Assembly: GCA_025594325.1 (NCBI GenBank) | Contig: JANHCV010000017.1 | Coordinates: 124,001-188,000, forward strand | Direction: 5' to 3' | Source of the DNA: Blastocladiella emersonii ATCC 22665 | Lineage: Eukaryota > Fungi > Blastocladiomycota | DNA: 64,000 nt | In this document: positions 44,288 to 59,200 of the stretch, in pieces | Numbering within the stretch: position 1 is the stretch's first letter | Layout of the letters: each line of letters opens with the position of its first letter | Translations under genes and position numbers: made by a program | The notes under the pieces: generated by a model | What the model saw: only the letters and a program-made list of their open reading frames with translations | Database searches by the model: none | Told to the model about the DNA's origin: nothing

Positions 44288-47200
44288 ACACAAGCACCAA
44301 GCTAGGGTGGCCGGGCGGCCATGGAACGTACTGCATGGGAACCATTACCGTGGACTGGCCGCGGCCATTTATCGCAGCACAGCCCTGCCTGGCTCAGGAC
44401 GCGGCGGGCGTGGGAGGCAGGCAGGGTAGATCGGTAGCAGCAGCAGGACCTGGCTAGCTGGCTGTCAAACAACACAAGTGAAGGGGTGCGTGAGGGAGGG
44501 TGTGTTGAATGAATGGATGGGTGGATGCAGGCAGAGAGAGACCTTCATACGTGTCGTGGGTGATGAGGATTGGTTGGCCACCATCCACCAACGCCATGGC
44601 ATGGCTGCGGGTGTCGCTGCGTGCGCCTTGGCGGGTGGTGTTGGTGGGTGGGTGGTCTTGGTGGGTGCTGTGGTGGTAGTGGAGCTAGAGTGGTGCCGTG
44701 GGGCTCTTGGGGTCCCCTTTCCTTCCTGTCTGGCCTAGGTGGGTCGGCGGACGCAGCGCGCATGCGGGCAAGGTAACAACATTGCTCACGCAATGGATCA
44801 TGTATTTTATGGCAAGTAGTCTGCGAAGCAGAGACGGGGATGTCCGGCCCAATCGGACCCTCCACGGATCACAATATGCACGCAATGAATTGACTGATGA
44901 TAGGGATGTACCAAACCAGCCACGTAGACAATTGTCGTGGTTGTCGAACAAAACCATATTCAAATCTTTGGCAACGCGCCTGTCCAGCTAGCCAGGGACC
45001 CATGAATCACAGTAGCGACCCAACAAGATATTAGACCATGGTAATATAGTAAACCAACCTCGTACATAATTGTCATGGTACTCAAACAAAACCATATTCA
45101 AGTCTTTGCTTTCCCGCATATCCAGCTGGCCAGGGACCCATAAATCACAGTATCGAACGAACAAGATATCTTACCATGGAAATATAGTTAACCAGCCACG
45201 CGGACAATTGTCATGGTACTCAATCGAGACCACATTCAAGTCTTTGCTCTCCCGCATGTCAAGCTGGTTGAAGGCCCATTAATCACAGTATCGACCCAAC
45301 AAGATATTTGACCATGGAAACATAGTAAACCAGCCACGCGGATAATTGTCATGGTACTCAATCAAAACCATATTCATATTTTTGCTTCCCCGTATGTCAA
45401 GCTGGTTGAAGACCCATAACTCACAGTATCGACCCAACAAGATATTTGACCATGGAAATATAGTTAACCAGCCACGCGGATAATTGTCATGGTACTCAAT
45501 CAAAACCATATTCATATTTTTGCTTCCCCGCATGTCAAGCTGGTTGAAGACCCATAAATCACAGTATCGAACCAACAAAATATCTGACCATGGAAATATA
45601 GTTAACCAGCCACGCGGACAATTGTCATGGTACTCAATCGAAACCACATTCAAGTCTTTGCTCTCCCGCATGTCAAGCTGGTTGAAGGCCCATAAATCAC
45701 AGTATCGACCCAACAAGATATTTGACCATGGAAATATAGTAAACCAGCCACGCGGATAATTGTCATGGTACTCAATCAAAACCATATTCAAGTCTTTGCT
45801 TTCCCGCACGTCCAGCTGGTTGAAGGCCCATAAATCACAGTATCGACCCAACAAGATATTTGACCATGGAAACATAGTAAACCAGCCACGCGGATAATTG
45901 TCATGGTACTCAATCAAAACCATATTCATATTTTTGCTTCCCCGCATGTCAAGCTGGTTGAAGACCCATAAATCACAGTATCGAACCAACAAAATATCTG
46001 ACCATGGAAATATAGTTAACCAGCCACGCGGACAATTGTCATGGTACTCAATCGAAACCACATTCAAGTCTTTGCTCTCCCGCATGTCAAGCTGGTTGAA
46101 GGCCCATAAATCACAGTATCGACCCAACAAGATATTTGACCATGGAAATATAGTTAACCAGCCACGCGGACAATTGTCATGGTACTCAATCGAGACCACA
46201 TTCAAGTCTTTGCTCTCCCGCATGTCAAGCTGGTTGAAGGCCCATTAATCACAGTATCGACCCAACAAGATATTTGACCATGGAAACATAGTAAACCAGC
46301 CACGCGGATAATTGTCATGGTACTCAATCAAAACCATATTCATATTTTTGCTTCCCCGTATGTCAAGCTGGTTGAAGACCCATAACTCACAGTATCGACC
46401 CAACAAGATATTTGACCATGGAAACATAGTAAACCAGCCACGCGGATAATTGTCATGGTACTCAATCAAAACCATATTCATATTTTTGCTTCCCCGCATG
46501 TCAAGCTGGTTGAAGACCCATAAATCACAGTATCGAACCAACAAAATATCTGACCATGGAAATATAGTTAACCAGCCACGCGGACAATTGTCATGGTACT
46601 CAATCGAAACCACATTCAAGTCTTTGCTTCCCCGCATGTCAAGCTGGTTGAAGGCCCATAAATCACAGTATCGAACGAACAAGATATCTTACCATGGAAA
46701 TATAGTTAACCAGCCACGCAAATGATTGTCATGCCACTTAATCAAAACCATACTCAAATGGTCGATTACCCTCACGTCCAAGCGGCCAAGGACCCAAACC
46801 GCCAGATACCCAAATCTACGACCACGTTGCGCACACTCCACTAGCCAACTCTTCGATCCCCTAATTATGGAGCCCGTCGTCAAAGTCCACGGTCCAATCA
46901 ACGAGGTAAACAGCGAACTTGTCAAACTGCCAACCTGCCAACCAAACACCCACGCCGCTTCTCAAGCCACGGTGGGCCCGCGCATTTGCGTTGCCGTCCC
47001 AGCCAACGAAGGAATGACTGATGAGCCCTGGTAGCCTGCTAGACTGACAGCCTGACAGCGCCCGCTCAGTTGCTATTATCTATCTCGTAGGTAGTCTGGG
47101 AGGAGTTCGTTAGTCGATACGCGACCAGTCTCCTCCTGGCTGCCCGCTCTGCTGCCATCTCCAAGGCCCGCATGAAGATGGGCCAGGGAGGTTTACGAGC

Positions 47201-50200
47201 ATTTCCTATCTCTCCTCTCTCCGTGTGAAACCATTCACCCGCGGACGGATGCGCACCACGCACCGTGCACCGCGCACCGCGCACCGCGCACCGCGCACCG
47301 TGCACCGCGCACCGCGCACCGCGCACAGCGCACCGCGGACAGCGCCCGATGCACCACACGCTGCGCACACGGCGCCAACGGCCACGCTGGTGTCACGCAC
47401 ACACACTCGCATGAACGGCAAGCAGGCAAGGCTTCCTCAACTCAACCATGATCCATCGTCCATGTCTGCTCGCTCCAACGGGTGCGCCTGCCTACCCTCC
47501 CAGTGCCATCGATTGATTGATTCATGTCCAGTGCTGCCCATGCTTTCATGGCCGCGGGGTCCGTCAGAACGCCTTGCAATGCGTGCGCCTGCATGCACCT
47601 GCACTGCAGAGCGCTGCAGAGGGCTGCACAGCGCTGCGGAGGGCTGCAGAGGGCTAAGGCGGCAGGGCTTCTCCTCCTGCAGGGGACAGTACCAAGGCCA
47701 AGGAGTGCTAGTGACTACTAACGGAATGGTGATTGGCCCCCTTCACACGCTCCTGGCAGGACTGCGTGTGGGCGTGCGGGCGTTTGTGCGTGCGTGCCTT
47801 GATTCGTCCACCATCATACGCGCAAAGTGACCAAGTGACCAAGTGACCAAGTGACCAAGGTGACCAAGGTGACCAAGGTGACCAAGGTGACCAAGGTGAC
47901 CAAGTGACACACAAGCACCAAGCTAGGGTGGCCGGGCGGCCATGGAACGTACTGCATGGGAACCATTACCGTGGACTGGCCGCGGCCATTTATCGCAGCA
48001 CAGCCCTGCCTGGCTCAGGACGCGGCGGGCGTGGGAGGCAGGCAGGGTAGATCGGTAGCAGCAGCAGGACCTGGCTAGCTGGCTGTCAAACAACACAAGT
48101 GAAGGGGTGCGTGAGGGAGGGTGTGTTGAATGAATGGATGGGTGGATGCAGGCAGAGAGAGACCTTCATACGTGTCGTGGGTGATGAGGATTGGTTGGCC
48201 ACCATCCACCAACGCCATGGCATGGCTGCGGGTGTCGCTGCGTGCGCCTTGGCGGGTGGTGTTGGTGGGTGGGTGGTCTTGGTGGGTGCTGTGGTGGTAG
48301 TGGAGCTAGAGTGGTGCCGTGGGGCTCTTGGGGTCCCCTTTCCTTCCTGTCTGGCCTAGGTGGGTCGGCGGACGCAGCGCGCATGCGGGCAAGGTAACAA
48401 CATTGCTCACGCAATGGATCATGTATTTTATGGCAAGTAGTCTGCGAAGCAGAGACGGGGATGTCCGGCCCAATCGGACCCTCCACGGATCACAATATGC
48501 ACGCAATGAATTGACTGATGATAGGGATGTACCAAACCAGCCACGTAGACAATTGTCGTGGTTGTCGAACAAAACCATATTCAAATCTTTGGCAACGCGC
48601 CTGTCCAGCTAGCCAGGGACCCATGAATCACAGTAGCGACCCAACAAGATATTAGACCATGGTAATATAGTAAACCAACCTCGTACATAATTGTCATGGT
48701 ACTCAAACAAAACCATATTCAAGTCTTTGCTTTCCCGCATATCCAGCTGGCCAGGGACCCATAAATCACAGTATCGAACGAACAAGATATCTTACCATGG
48801 AAATATAGTTAACCAGCCACGCGGACAATTGTCATGGTACTCAATCGAGACCACATTCAAGTCTTTGCTCTCCCGCATGTCAAGCTGGTTGAAGGCCCAT
48901 TAATCACAGTATCGACCCAACAAGATATTTGACCATGGAAACATAGTAAACCAGCCACGCGGATAATTGTCATGGTACTCAATCAAAACCATATTCATAT
49001 TTTTGCTTCCCCGTATGTCAAGCTGGTTGAAGACCCATAACTCACAGTATCGACCCAACAAGATATTTGACCATGGAAATATAGTTAACCAGCCACGCGG
49101 ATAATTGTCATGGTACTCAATCAAAACCATATTCATATTTTTGCTTCCCCGCATGTCAAGCTGGTTGAAGACCCATAAATCACAGTATCGAACCAACAAA
49201 ATATCTGACCATGGAAATATAGTTAACCAGCCACGCGGACAATTGTCATGGTACTCAATCGAAACCACATTCAAGTCTTTGCTCTCCCGCATGTCAAGCT
49301 GGTTGAAGGCCCATAAATCACAGTATCGACCCAACAAGATATTTGACCATGGAAATATAGTAAACCAGCCACGCGGATAATTGTCATGGTACTCAATCAA
49401 AACCATATTCAAGTCTTTGCTTTCCCGCACGTCCAGCTGGTTGAAGGCCCATAAATCACAGTATCGACCCAACAAGATATTTGACCATGGAAACATAGTA
49501 AACCAGCCACGCGGATAATTGTCATGGTACTCAATCAAAACCATATTCATATTTTTGCTTCCCCGCATGTCAAGCTGGTTGAAGACCCATAAATCACAGT
49601 ATCGAACCAACAAAATATCTGACCATGGAAATATAGTTAACCAGCCACGCGGACAATTGTCATGGTACTCAATCGAAACCACATTCAAGTCTTTGCTCTC
49701 CCGCATGTCAAGCTGGTTGAAGGCCCATAAATCACAGTATCGACCCAACAAGATATTTGACCATGGAAATATAGTTAACCAGCCACGCGGACAATTGTCA
49801 TGGTACTCAATCGAGACCACATTCAAGTCTTTGCTCTCCCGCATGTCAAGCTGGTTGAAGGCCCATTAATCACAGTATCGACCCAACAAGATATTTGACC
49901 ATGGAAACATAGTAAACCAGCCACGCGGATAATTGTCATGGTACTCAATCAAAACCATATTCATATTTTTGCTTCCCCGTATGTCAAGCTGGTTGAAGAC
50001 CCATAACTCACAGTATCGACCCAACAAGATATTTGACCATGGAAACATAGTAAACCAGCCACGCGGATAATTGTCATGGTACTCAATCAAAACCATATTC
50101 ATATTTTTGCTTCCCCGCATGTCAAGCTGGTTGAAGACCCATAAATCACAGTATCGAACCAACAAAATATCTGACCATGGAAATATAGTTAACCAGCCAC

Positions 50201-53200
50201 GCGGACAATTGTCATGGTACTCAATCGAAACCACATTCAAGTCTTTGCTTCCCCGCATGTCAAGCTGGTTGAAGGCCCATAAATCACAGTATCGAACGAA
50301 CAAGATATCTTACCATGGAAATATAGTTAACCAGCCACGCAAATGATTGTCATGCCACTTAATCAAAACCATACTCAAATGGTCGATTACCCTCACGTCC
50401 AAGCGGCCAAGGACCCAAACCGCCAGATACCCAAATCTACGACCACGTTGCGCACACTCCACTAGCCAACTCTTCGATCCCCTAATTATGGAGCCCGTCG
50501 TCAAAGTCCACGGTCCAATCAACGAGGTAAACAGCGAACTTGTCAAACTGCCAACCTGCCAACCAAACACCCACGCCGCTTCTCAAGCCACGGTGGGCCC
50601 GCGCATTTGCGTTGCCGTCCCAGCCAACGAAGGAATGACTGATGAGCCCTGGTAGCCTGCTAGACTGACAGCCTGACAGCGCCCGCTCAGTTGCTATTAT
50701 CTATCTCGTAGGTAGTCTGGGAGGAGTTCGTTAGTCGATACGCGACCAGTCTCCTCCTGGCTGCCCGCTCTGCTGCCATCTCCAAGGCCCGCATGAAGAT
50801 GGGCCAGGGAGGTTTACGAGCATTTCCTATCTCTCCTCTCTCCGTGTGAAACCATTCACCCGCGGACGGATGCGCACCACGCACCGTGCACCGCGCACCG
50901 CGCACCGCGCACCGCGCACCGTGCACCGCGCACCGCGCACCGCGCACAGCGCACCGCGGACAGCGCCCGATGCACCACACGCTGCGCACACGGCGCCAAC
51001 GGCCACGCTGGTGTCACGCACACACACTCGCATGAACGGCAAGCAGGCAAGGCTTCCTCAACTCAACCATGATCCATCGTCCATGTCTGCTCGCTCCAAC
51101 GGGTGCGCCTGCCTACCCTCCCAGTGCCATCGATTGATTGATTCATGTCCAGTGCTGCCCATGCTTTCATGGCCGCGGGGTCCGTCAGAACGCCTTGCAA
51201 TGCGTGCGCCTGCATGCACCTGCACTGCAGAGCGCTGCAGAGGGCTGCACAGCGCTGCGGAGGGCTGCAGAGGGCTAAGGCGGCAGGGCTTCTCCTCCTG
51301 CAGGGGACAGTACCAAGGCCAAGTAGTGCTAGTGACTACTAACGGAATGGTGATTGGCCCCCTTCACACGCTCCTGGCAGGACTGCGTGTGGGCGTGCGG
51401 GCGTTTGTGCGTGCGTGCCTTGATTCGTCCACCATCATACGCGCAAAGTGACCAAGTGACCAAGTGACCAAGTGACCAAGGTGACCAAGGTGACCAAGGT
51501 GACCAAGGTGACCAAGGTGACCAAGTGACACACAAGCACCAAGCTAGGGTGGCCGGGCGGCCATGGAACGTACTGCATGGGAACCATTACCGTGGACTGG
51601 CCGCGGCCATTTATCGCAGCACAGCCCTGCCTGGCTCAGGACGCGGCGGGCGTGGGAGGCAGGCAGGGTAGATCGGTAGCAGCAGCAGGACCTGGCTAGC
51701 TGGCTGTCAAACAACACAAGTGAAGGGGTGCGTGAGGGAGGGTGTGTTGAATGAATGGATGGGTGGATGCAGGCAGAGAGAGACCTTCATACGTGTCGTG
51801 GGTGATGAGGATTGGTTGGCCACCATCCACCAACGCCATGGCATGGCTGCGGGTGTCGCTGCGTGCGCCTTGGCGGGTGGTGTTGGTGGGTGGGTGGTCT
51901 TGGTGGGTGCTGTGGTGGTAGTGGAGCTAGAGTGGTGCCGTGGGGCTCTTGGGGTCCCCTTTCCTTCCTGTCTGGCCTAGGTGGGTCGGCGGACGCAGCG
52001 CGCATGCGGGCAAGGTAACAACATTGCTCACGCAATGGATCATGTATTTTATGGCAAGTAGTCTGCGAAGCAGAGACGGGGATGTCCGGCCCAATCGGAC
52101 CCTCCACGGATCACAATATGCACGCAATGAATTGACTGATGATAGGGATGTACCAAACCAGCCACGTAGACAATTGTCGTGGTTGTCGAACAAAACCATA
52201 TTCAAATCTTTGGCAACGCGCCTGTCCAGCTAGCCAGGGACCCATGAATCACAGTATCGACCCAACAAGATACTAGACCATGGTAATATAGTAAACCAAC
52301 CTCGTACATAATTGTCATGGTACTCAAACAAAACCATATTCAAGTCTTTGCTTTCCCGCATATCCAGCTGGCCAGGGACCCATAAATCACAGTATCGAAC
52401 GAACAAGATATCTTACCATGGAAATATAGTTAACCAGCCACGCGGACAATTGTCATGGTACTCAATCGAGACCACATTCAAGTCTTTGCTCTCCCGCATG
52501 TCAAGCTGGTTGAAGGCCCATTAATCACAGTATCGACCCAACAAGATATTTGACCATGGAAACATAGTAAACCAGCCACGCGGATAATTGTCATGGTACT
52601 CAATCAAAACCATATTCATATTTTTGCTTCCCCGTATGTCAAGCTGGTTGAAGACCCATAACTCACAGTATCGACCCAACAAGATATTTGACCATGGAAA
52701 CATAGTAAACCAGCCACGCGGATAATTGTCATGGTACTCAATCAAAACCATATTCATATTTTTGCTTCCCCGCATGTCAAGCTGGTTGAAGACCCATAAA
52801 TCACAGTATCGAACCAACAAAATATCTGACCATGGAAATATAGTTAACCAGCCACGCGGACAATTGTCATGGTACTCAATCGAAACCACATTCAAGTCTT
52901 TGCTTCCCCGCATGTCAAGCTGGTTGAAGGCCCATAAATCACAGTATCGAACGAACAAGATATCTTACCATGGAAATATAGTTAACCAGCCACGCAAATG
53001 ATTGTCATGCCACTTAATCAAAACCATACTCAAATGGTCGATTACCCTCACGTCCAAGCGGCCAAGGACCCAAACCGCCAGATACCCAAATCTACGACCA
53101 CGTTGCGCACACTCCACTAGCCAACTCTTCGATCCCCTAATTATGGAGCCCGTCGTCAAAGTCCACGGTCCAATCAACGAGGTAAACAGCGAACTTGTCA

Positions 53201-56200
53201 AACTGCCAACCTGCCAACCAAACACCCACGCCGCTTCTCAAGCCACGGTGGGCCCGCGCATTTGCGTTGCCGTCCCAGCCAACGAAGGAATGACTGATGA
53301 GCCCTGGTAGCCTGCTAGACTGACAGCCTGACAGCGCCCGCTCAGTTGCTATTATCTATCTCGTAGGTAGTCTGGGAGGAGTTCGTTAGTCGATACGCGA
53401 CCAGTCTCCTCCTGGCTGCCCGCTCTGCTGCCATCTCCAAGGCCCGCATGAAGATGGGCCAGGGAGGTTTACGAGCATTTCCTATCTCTCCTCTCTCCGT
53501 GTGAAACCATTCACCCGCGGACGGATGCGCACCACGCACCGTGCACCGCGCACCGCGCACCGTGCACCGCGCACCGCGCACCGCGCACAGCGCACCGCGG
53601 ACAGCGCCCGATGCACCACACGCTGCGCACACGGCGCCAACGGCCACGCTGGTGTCACGCACACACACTCGCATGAACGGCAAGCAGGCAAGGCTTCCTC
53701 AACTCAACCATGATCCATCGTCCATGTCTGCTCGCTCCAACGGGTGCGCCTGCCTACCCTCCCAGTGCCATCGATTGATTGATTCATGTCCAGTGCTGCC
53801 CATGCTTTCATGGCCGCGGGGTCCGTCAGAACGCCTTGCAATGCGTGCGCCTGCATGCACCTGCACTGCAGAGCGCTGCAGAGGGCTGCACAGCGCTGCG
53901 GAGGGCTGCAGAGGGCTAAGGCGGCAGGGCTTCTCCTCCTGCAGGGGACAGTACCAAGGCCAAGGAGTGCTAGTGACTACTAACGGAATGGTGATTGGCC
54001 CCCTTCACACGCTCCTGGCAGGACTGCGTGTGGGCGTGCGGGCGTTTGTGCGTGCGTGCCTTGATTCGTCCACCATCATACGCGCAAAGTGACCAAGTGA
54101 CCAAGTGACCAAGTGACCAAGGTGACCAAGGTGACCAAGGTGACCAAGGTGACCAAGGTGACCAAGTGACACACAAGCACCAAGCTAGGGTGGCCGGGCG
54201 GCCATGGAACGTACTGCATGGGAACCATTACCGTGGACTGGCCGCGGCCATTTATCGCAGCACAGCCCTGCCTGGCTCAGGACGCGGCGGGCGTGGGAGG
54301 CAGGCAGGGTAGATCGGTAGCAGCAGCAGGACCTGGCTAGCTGGCTGTCAAACAACACAAGTGAAGGGGTGCGTGAGGGAGGGTGTGTTGAATGAATGGA
54401 TGGGTGGATGCAGGCAGAGAGAGACCTTCATACGTGTCGTGGGTGATGAGGATTGGTTGGCCACCATCCACCAACGCCATGGCATGGCTGCGGGTGTCGC
54501 TGCGTGCGCCTTGGCGGGTGGTGTTGGTGGGTGGGTGGTCTTGGTGGGTGCTGTGGTGGTAGTGGAGCTAGAGTGGTGCCGTGGGGCTCTTGGGGTCCCC
54601 TTTCCTTCCTGTCTGGCCTAGGTGGGTCGGCGGACGCAGCGCGCATGCGGGCAAGGTAACAACATTGCTCACGCAATGGATCATGTATTTTATGGCAAGT
54701 AGTCTGCGAAGCAGAGACGGGGATGTCCGGCCCAATCGGACCCTCCACGGATCACAATATGCACGCAATGAATTGACTGATGATAGGGATGTACCAAACC
54801 AGCCACGTAGACAATTGTCGTGGTTGTCGAACAAAACCATATTCAAATCTTTGGCAACGCGCCTGTCCAGCTAGCCAGGGACCCATGAATCACAGTATCG
54901 ACCCAACAAGATACTAGACCATGGTAATATAGTAAACCAACCTCGTACATAATTGTCATGGTACTCAAACAAAACCATATTCAAGTCTTTGCTTTCCCGC
55001 ATATCCAGCTGGCCAGGGACCCATAAATCACAGTATCGAACGAACAAGATATCTTACCATGGAAATATAGTTAACCAGCCACGCGGACAATTGTCATGGT
55101 ACTCAATCGAGACCACATTCAAGTCTTTGCTCTCCCGCATGTCAAGCTGGTTGAAGGCCCATTAATCACAGTATCGACCCAACAAGATATTTGACCATGG
55201 AAACATAGTAAACCAGCCACGCGGATAATTGTCATGGTACTCAATCAAAACCATATTCATATTTTTGCTTCCCCGTATGTCAAGCTGGTTGAAGACCCAT
55301 AACTCACAGTATCGACCCAACAAGATATTTGACCATGGAAACATAGTAAACCAGCCACGCGGATAATTGTCATGGTACTCAATCAAAACCATATTCATAT
55401 TTTTGCTTCCCCGCATGTCAAGCTGGTTGAAGACCCATAAATCACAGTATCGAACCAACAAAATATCTGACCATGGAAATATAGTTAACCAGCCACGCGG
55501 ACAATTGTCATGGTACTCAATCGAAACCACATTCAAGTCTTTGCTTCCCCGCATGTCAAGCTGGTTGAAGGCCCATAAATCACAGTATCGAACGAACAAG
55601 ATATCTTACCATGGAAATATAGTTAACCAGCCACGCAAATGATTGTCATGCCACTTAATCAAAACCATACTCAAATGGTCGATTACCCTCACGTCCAAGC
55701 GGCCAAGGACCCAAACCGCCAGATACCCAAATCTACGACCACGTTGCGCACACTCCACTAGCCAACTCTTCGATCCCCTAATTATGGAGCCCGTCGTCAA
55801 AGTCCACGGTCCAATCAACGAGGTAAACAGCGAACTTGTCAAACTGCCAACCTGCCAACCAAACACCCACGCCGCTTCTCAAGCCACGGTGGGCCCGCGC
55901 ATTTGCGTTGCCGTCCCAGCCAACGAAGGAATGACTGATGAGCCCTGGTAGCCTGCTAGACTGACAGCCTGACAGCGCCCGCTCAGTTGCTATTATCTAT
56001 CTCGTAGGTAGTCTGGGAGGAGTTCGTTAGTCGATACGCGACCAGTCTCCTCCTGGCTGCCCGCTCTGCTGCCATCTCCAAGGCCCGCATGAAGATGGGC
56101 CAGGGAGGTTTACGAGCATTTCCTATCTCTCCTCTCTCCGTGTGAAACCATTCACCCGCGGACGGATGCGCACCACGCACCGTGCACCGCGCACCGCGCA

Positions 56201-59200
56201 CCGCGCACCGCGCACCGTGCACCGCGCACCGCGCACCGCGCACAGCGCACCGCGGACAGCGCCCGATGCACCACACGCTGCGCACACGGCGCCAACGGCC
56301 ACGCTGGTGTCACGCACACACACTCGCATGAACGGCAAGCAGGCAAGGCTTCCTCAACTCAACCATGATCCATCGTCCATGTCTGCTCGCTCCAACGGGT
56401 GCGCCTGCCTACCCTCCCAGTGCCATCGATTGATTGATTCATGTCCAGTGCTGCCCATGCTTTCATGGCCGCGGGGTCCGTCAGAACGCCTTGCAATGCG
56501 TGCGCCTGCATGCACCTGCACTGCAGAGCGCTGCAGAGGGCTGCACAGCGCTGCGGAGGGCTGCAGAGGGCTAAGGCGGCAGGGCTTCTCCTCCTGCAGG
56601 GGACAGTACCAAGGCCAAGGAGTGCTAGTGACTACTAACGGAATGGTGATTGGCCCCCTTCACACGCTCCTGGCAGGACTGCGTGTGGGCGTGCGGGCGT
56701 TTGTGCGTGCGTGCCTTGATTCGTCCACCATCATACGCGCAAAGTGACCAAGTGACCAAGTGACCAAGTGACCAAGGTGACCAAGGTGACCAAGGTGACC
56801 AAGGTGACCAAGGTGACCAAGTGACACACAAGCACCAAGCTAGGGTGGCCGGGCGGCCATGGAACGTACTGCATGGGAACCATTACCGTGGACTGGCCGC
56901 GGCCATTTATCGCAGCACAGCCCTGCCTGGCTCAGGACGCGGCGGGCGTGGGAGGCAGGCAGGGTAGATCGGTAGCAGCAGCAGGACCTGGCTAGCTGGC
57001 TGTCAAACAACACAAGTGAAGGGGTGCGTGAGGGAGGGTGTGTTGAATGAATGGATGGGTGGATGCAGGCAGAGAGAGACCTTCATACGTGTCGTGGGTG
57101 ATGAGGATTGGTTGGCCACCATCCACCAACGCCATGGCATGGCTGCGGGTGTCGCTGCGTGCGCCTTGGCGGGTGGTGTTGGTGGGTGGGTGGTCTTGGT
57201 GGGTGCTGTGGTGGTAGTGGAGCTAGAGTGGTGCCGTGGGGCTCTTGGGGTCCCCTTTCCTTCCTGTCTGGCCTAGGTGGGTCGGCGGACGCAGCGCGCA
57301 TGCGGGCAAGGTAACAACATTGCTCACGCAATGGATCATGTATTTTATGGCAAGTAGTCTGCGAAGCAGAGACGGGGATGTCCGGCCCAATCGGACCCTC
57401 CACGGATCACAATATGCACGCAATGAATTGACTGATGATAGGGATGTACCAAACCAGCCACGTAGACAATTGTCGTGGTTGTCGAACAAAACCATATTCA
57501 AATCTTTGGCAACGCGCCTGTCCAGCTAGCCAGGGACCCATGAATCACAGTATCGACCCAACAAGATACTAGACCATGGTAATATAGTAAACCAACCTCG
57601 TACATAATTGTCATGGTACTCAAACAAAACCATATTCAAGTCTTTGCTTTCCCGCATATCCAGCTGGCCAGGGACCCATAAATCACAGTATCGAACGAAC
57701 AAGATATCTTACCATGGAAATATAGTTAACCAGCCACGCGGACAATTGTCATGGTACTCAATCGAGACCACATTCAAGTCTTTGCTCTCCCGCATGTCAA
57801 GCTGGTTGAAGGCCCATTAATCACAGTATCGACCCAACAAGATATTTGACCATGGAAACATAGTAAACCAGCCACGCGGATAATTGTCATGGTACTCAAT
57901 CAAAACCATATTCATATTTTTGCTTCCCCGTATGTCAAGCTGGTTGAAGACCCATAACTCACAGTATCGACCCAACAAGATATTTGACCATGGAAACATA
58001 GTAAACCAGCCACGCGGATAATTGTCATGGTACTCAATCAAAACCATATTCATATTTTTGCTTCCCCGCATGTCAAGCTGGTTGAAGACCCATAAATCAC
58101 AGTATCGAACCAACAAAATATCTGACCATGGAAATATAGTTAACCAGCCACGCGGACAATTGTCATGGTACTCAATCGAAACCACATTCAAGTCTTTGCT
58201 TCCCCGCATGTCAAGCTGGTTGAAGGCCCATAAATCACAGTATCGAACGAACAAGATATCTTACCATGGAAATATAGTTAACCAGCCACGCAAATGATTG
58301 TCATGCCACTTAATCAAAACCATACTCAAATGGTCGATTACCCTCACGTCCAAGCGGCCAAGGACCCAAACCGCCAGATACCCAAATCTACGACCACGTT
58401 GCGCACACTCCACTAGCCAACTCTTCGATCCCCTAATTATGGAGCCCGTCGTCAAAGTCCACGGTCCAATCAACGAGGTAAACAGCGAACTTGTCAAACT
58501 GCCAACCTGCCAACCAAACACCCACGCCGCTTCTCAAGCCACGGTGGGCCCGCGCATTTGCGTTGCCGTCCCAGCCAACGAAGGAATGACTGATGAGCCC
58601 TGGTAGCCTGCTAGACTGACAGCCTGACAGCGCCCGCTCAGTTGCTATTATCTATCTCGTAGGTAGTCTGGGAGGAGTTCGTTAGTCGATACGCGACCAG
58701 TCTCCTCCTGGCTGCCCGCTCTGCTGCCATCTCCAAGGCCCGCATGAAGATGGGCCAGGGAGGTTTACGAGCATTTCCTATCTCTCCTCTCTCCGTGTGA
58801 AACCATTCACCCGCGGACGGATGCGCACCACGCACCGTGCACCGCGCACCGCGCACCGCGCACCGCGCACCGTGCACCGCGCACCGCGCACCGCGCACAG
58901 CGCACCGCGGACAGCGCCCGATGCACCACACGCTGCGCACACGGCGCCAACGGCCACGCTGGTGTCACGCACACACACTCGCATGAACGGCAAGCAGGCA
59001 AGGCTTCCTCAACTCAACCATGATCCATCGTCCATGTCTGCTCGCTCCAACGGGTGCGCCTGCCTACCCTCCCAGTGCCATCGATTGATTGATTCATGTC
59101 CAGTGCTGCCCATGCTTTCATGGCCGCGGGGTCCGTCAGAACGCCTTGCAATGCGTGCGCCTGCATGCACCTGCACTGCAGAGCGCTGCAGAGGGCTGCA

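Noticed and set aside
43068-44991. Small ORFs recurring in each satellite unit (RAP/CAVRGAR and SPW repeats)
   Set aside because: They are translations of 7-, 8- and 9-bp microsatellites with no coding signature.
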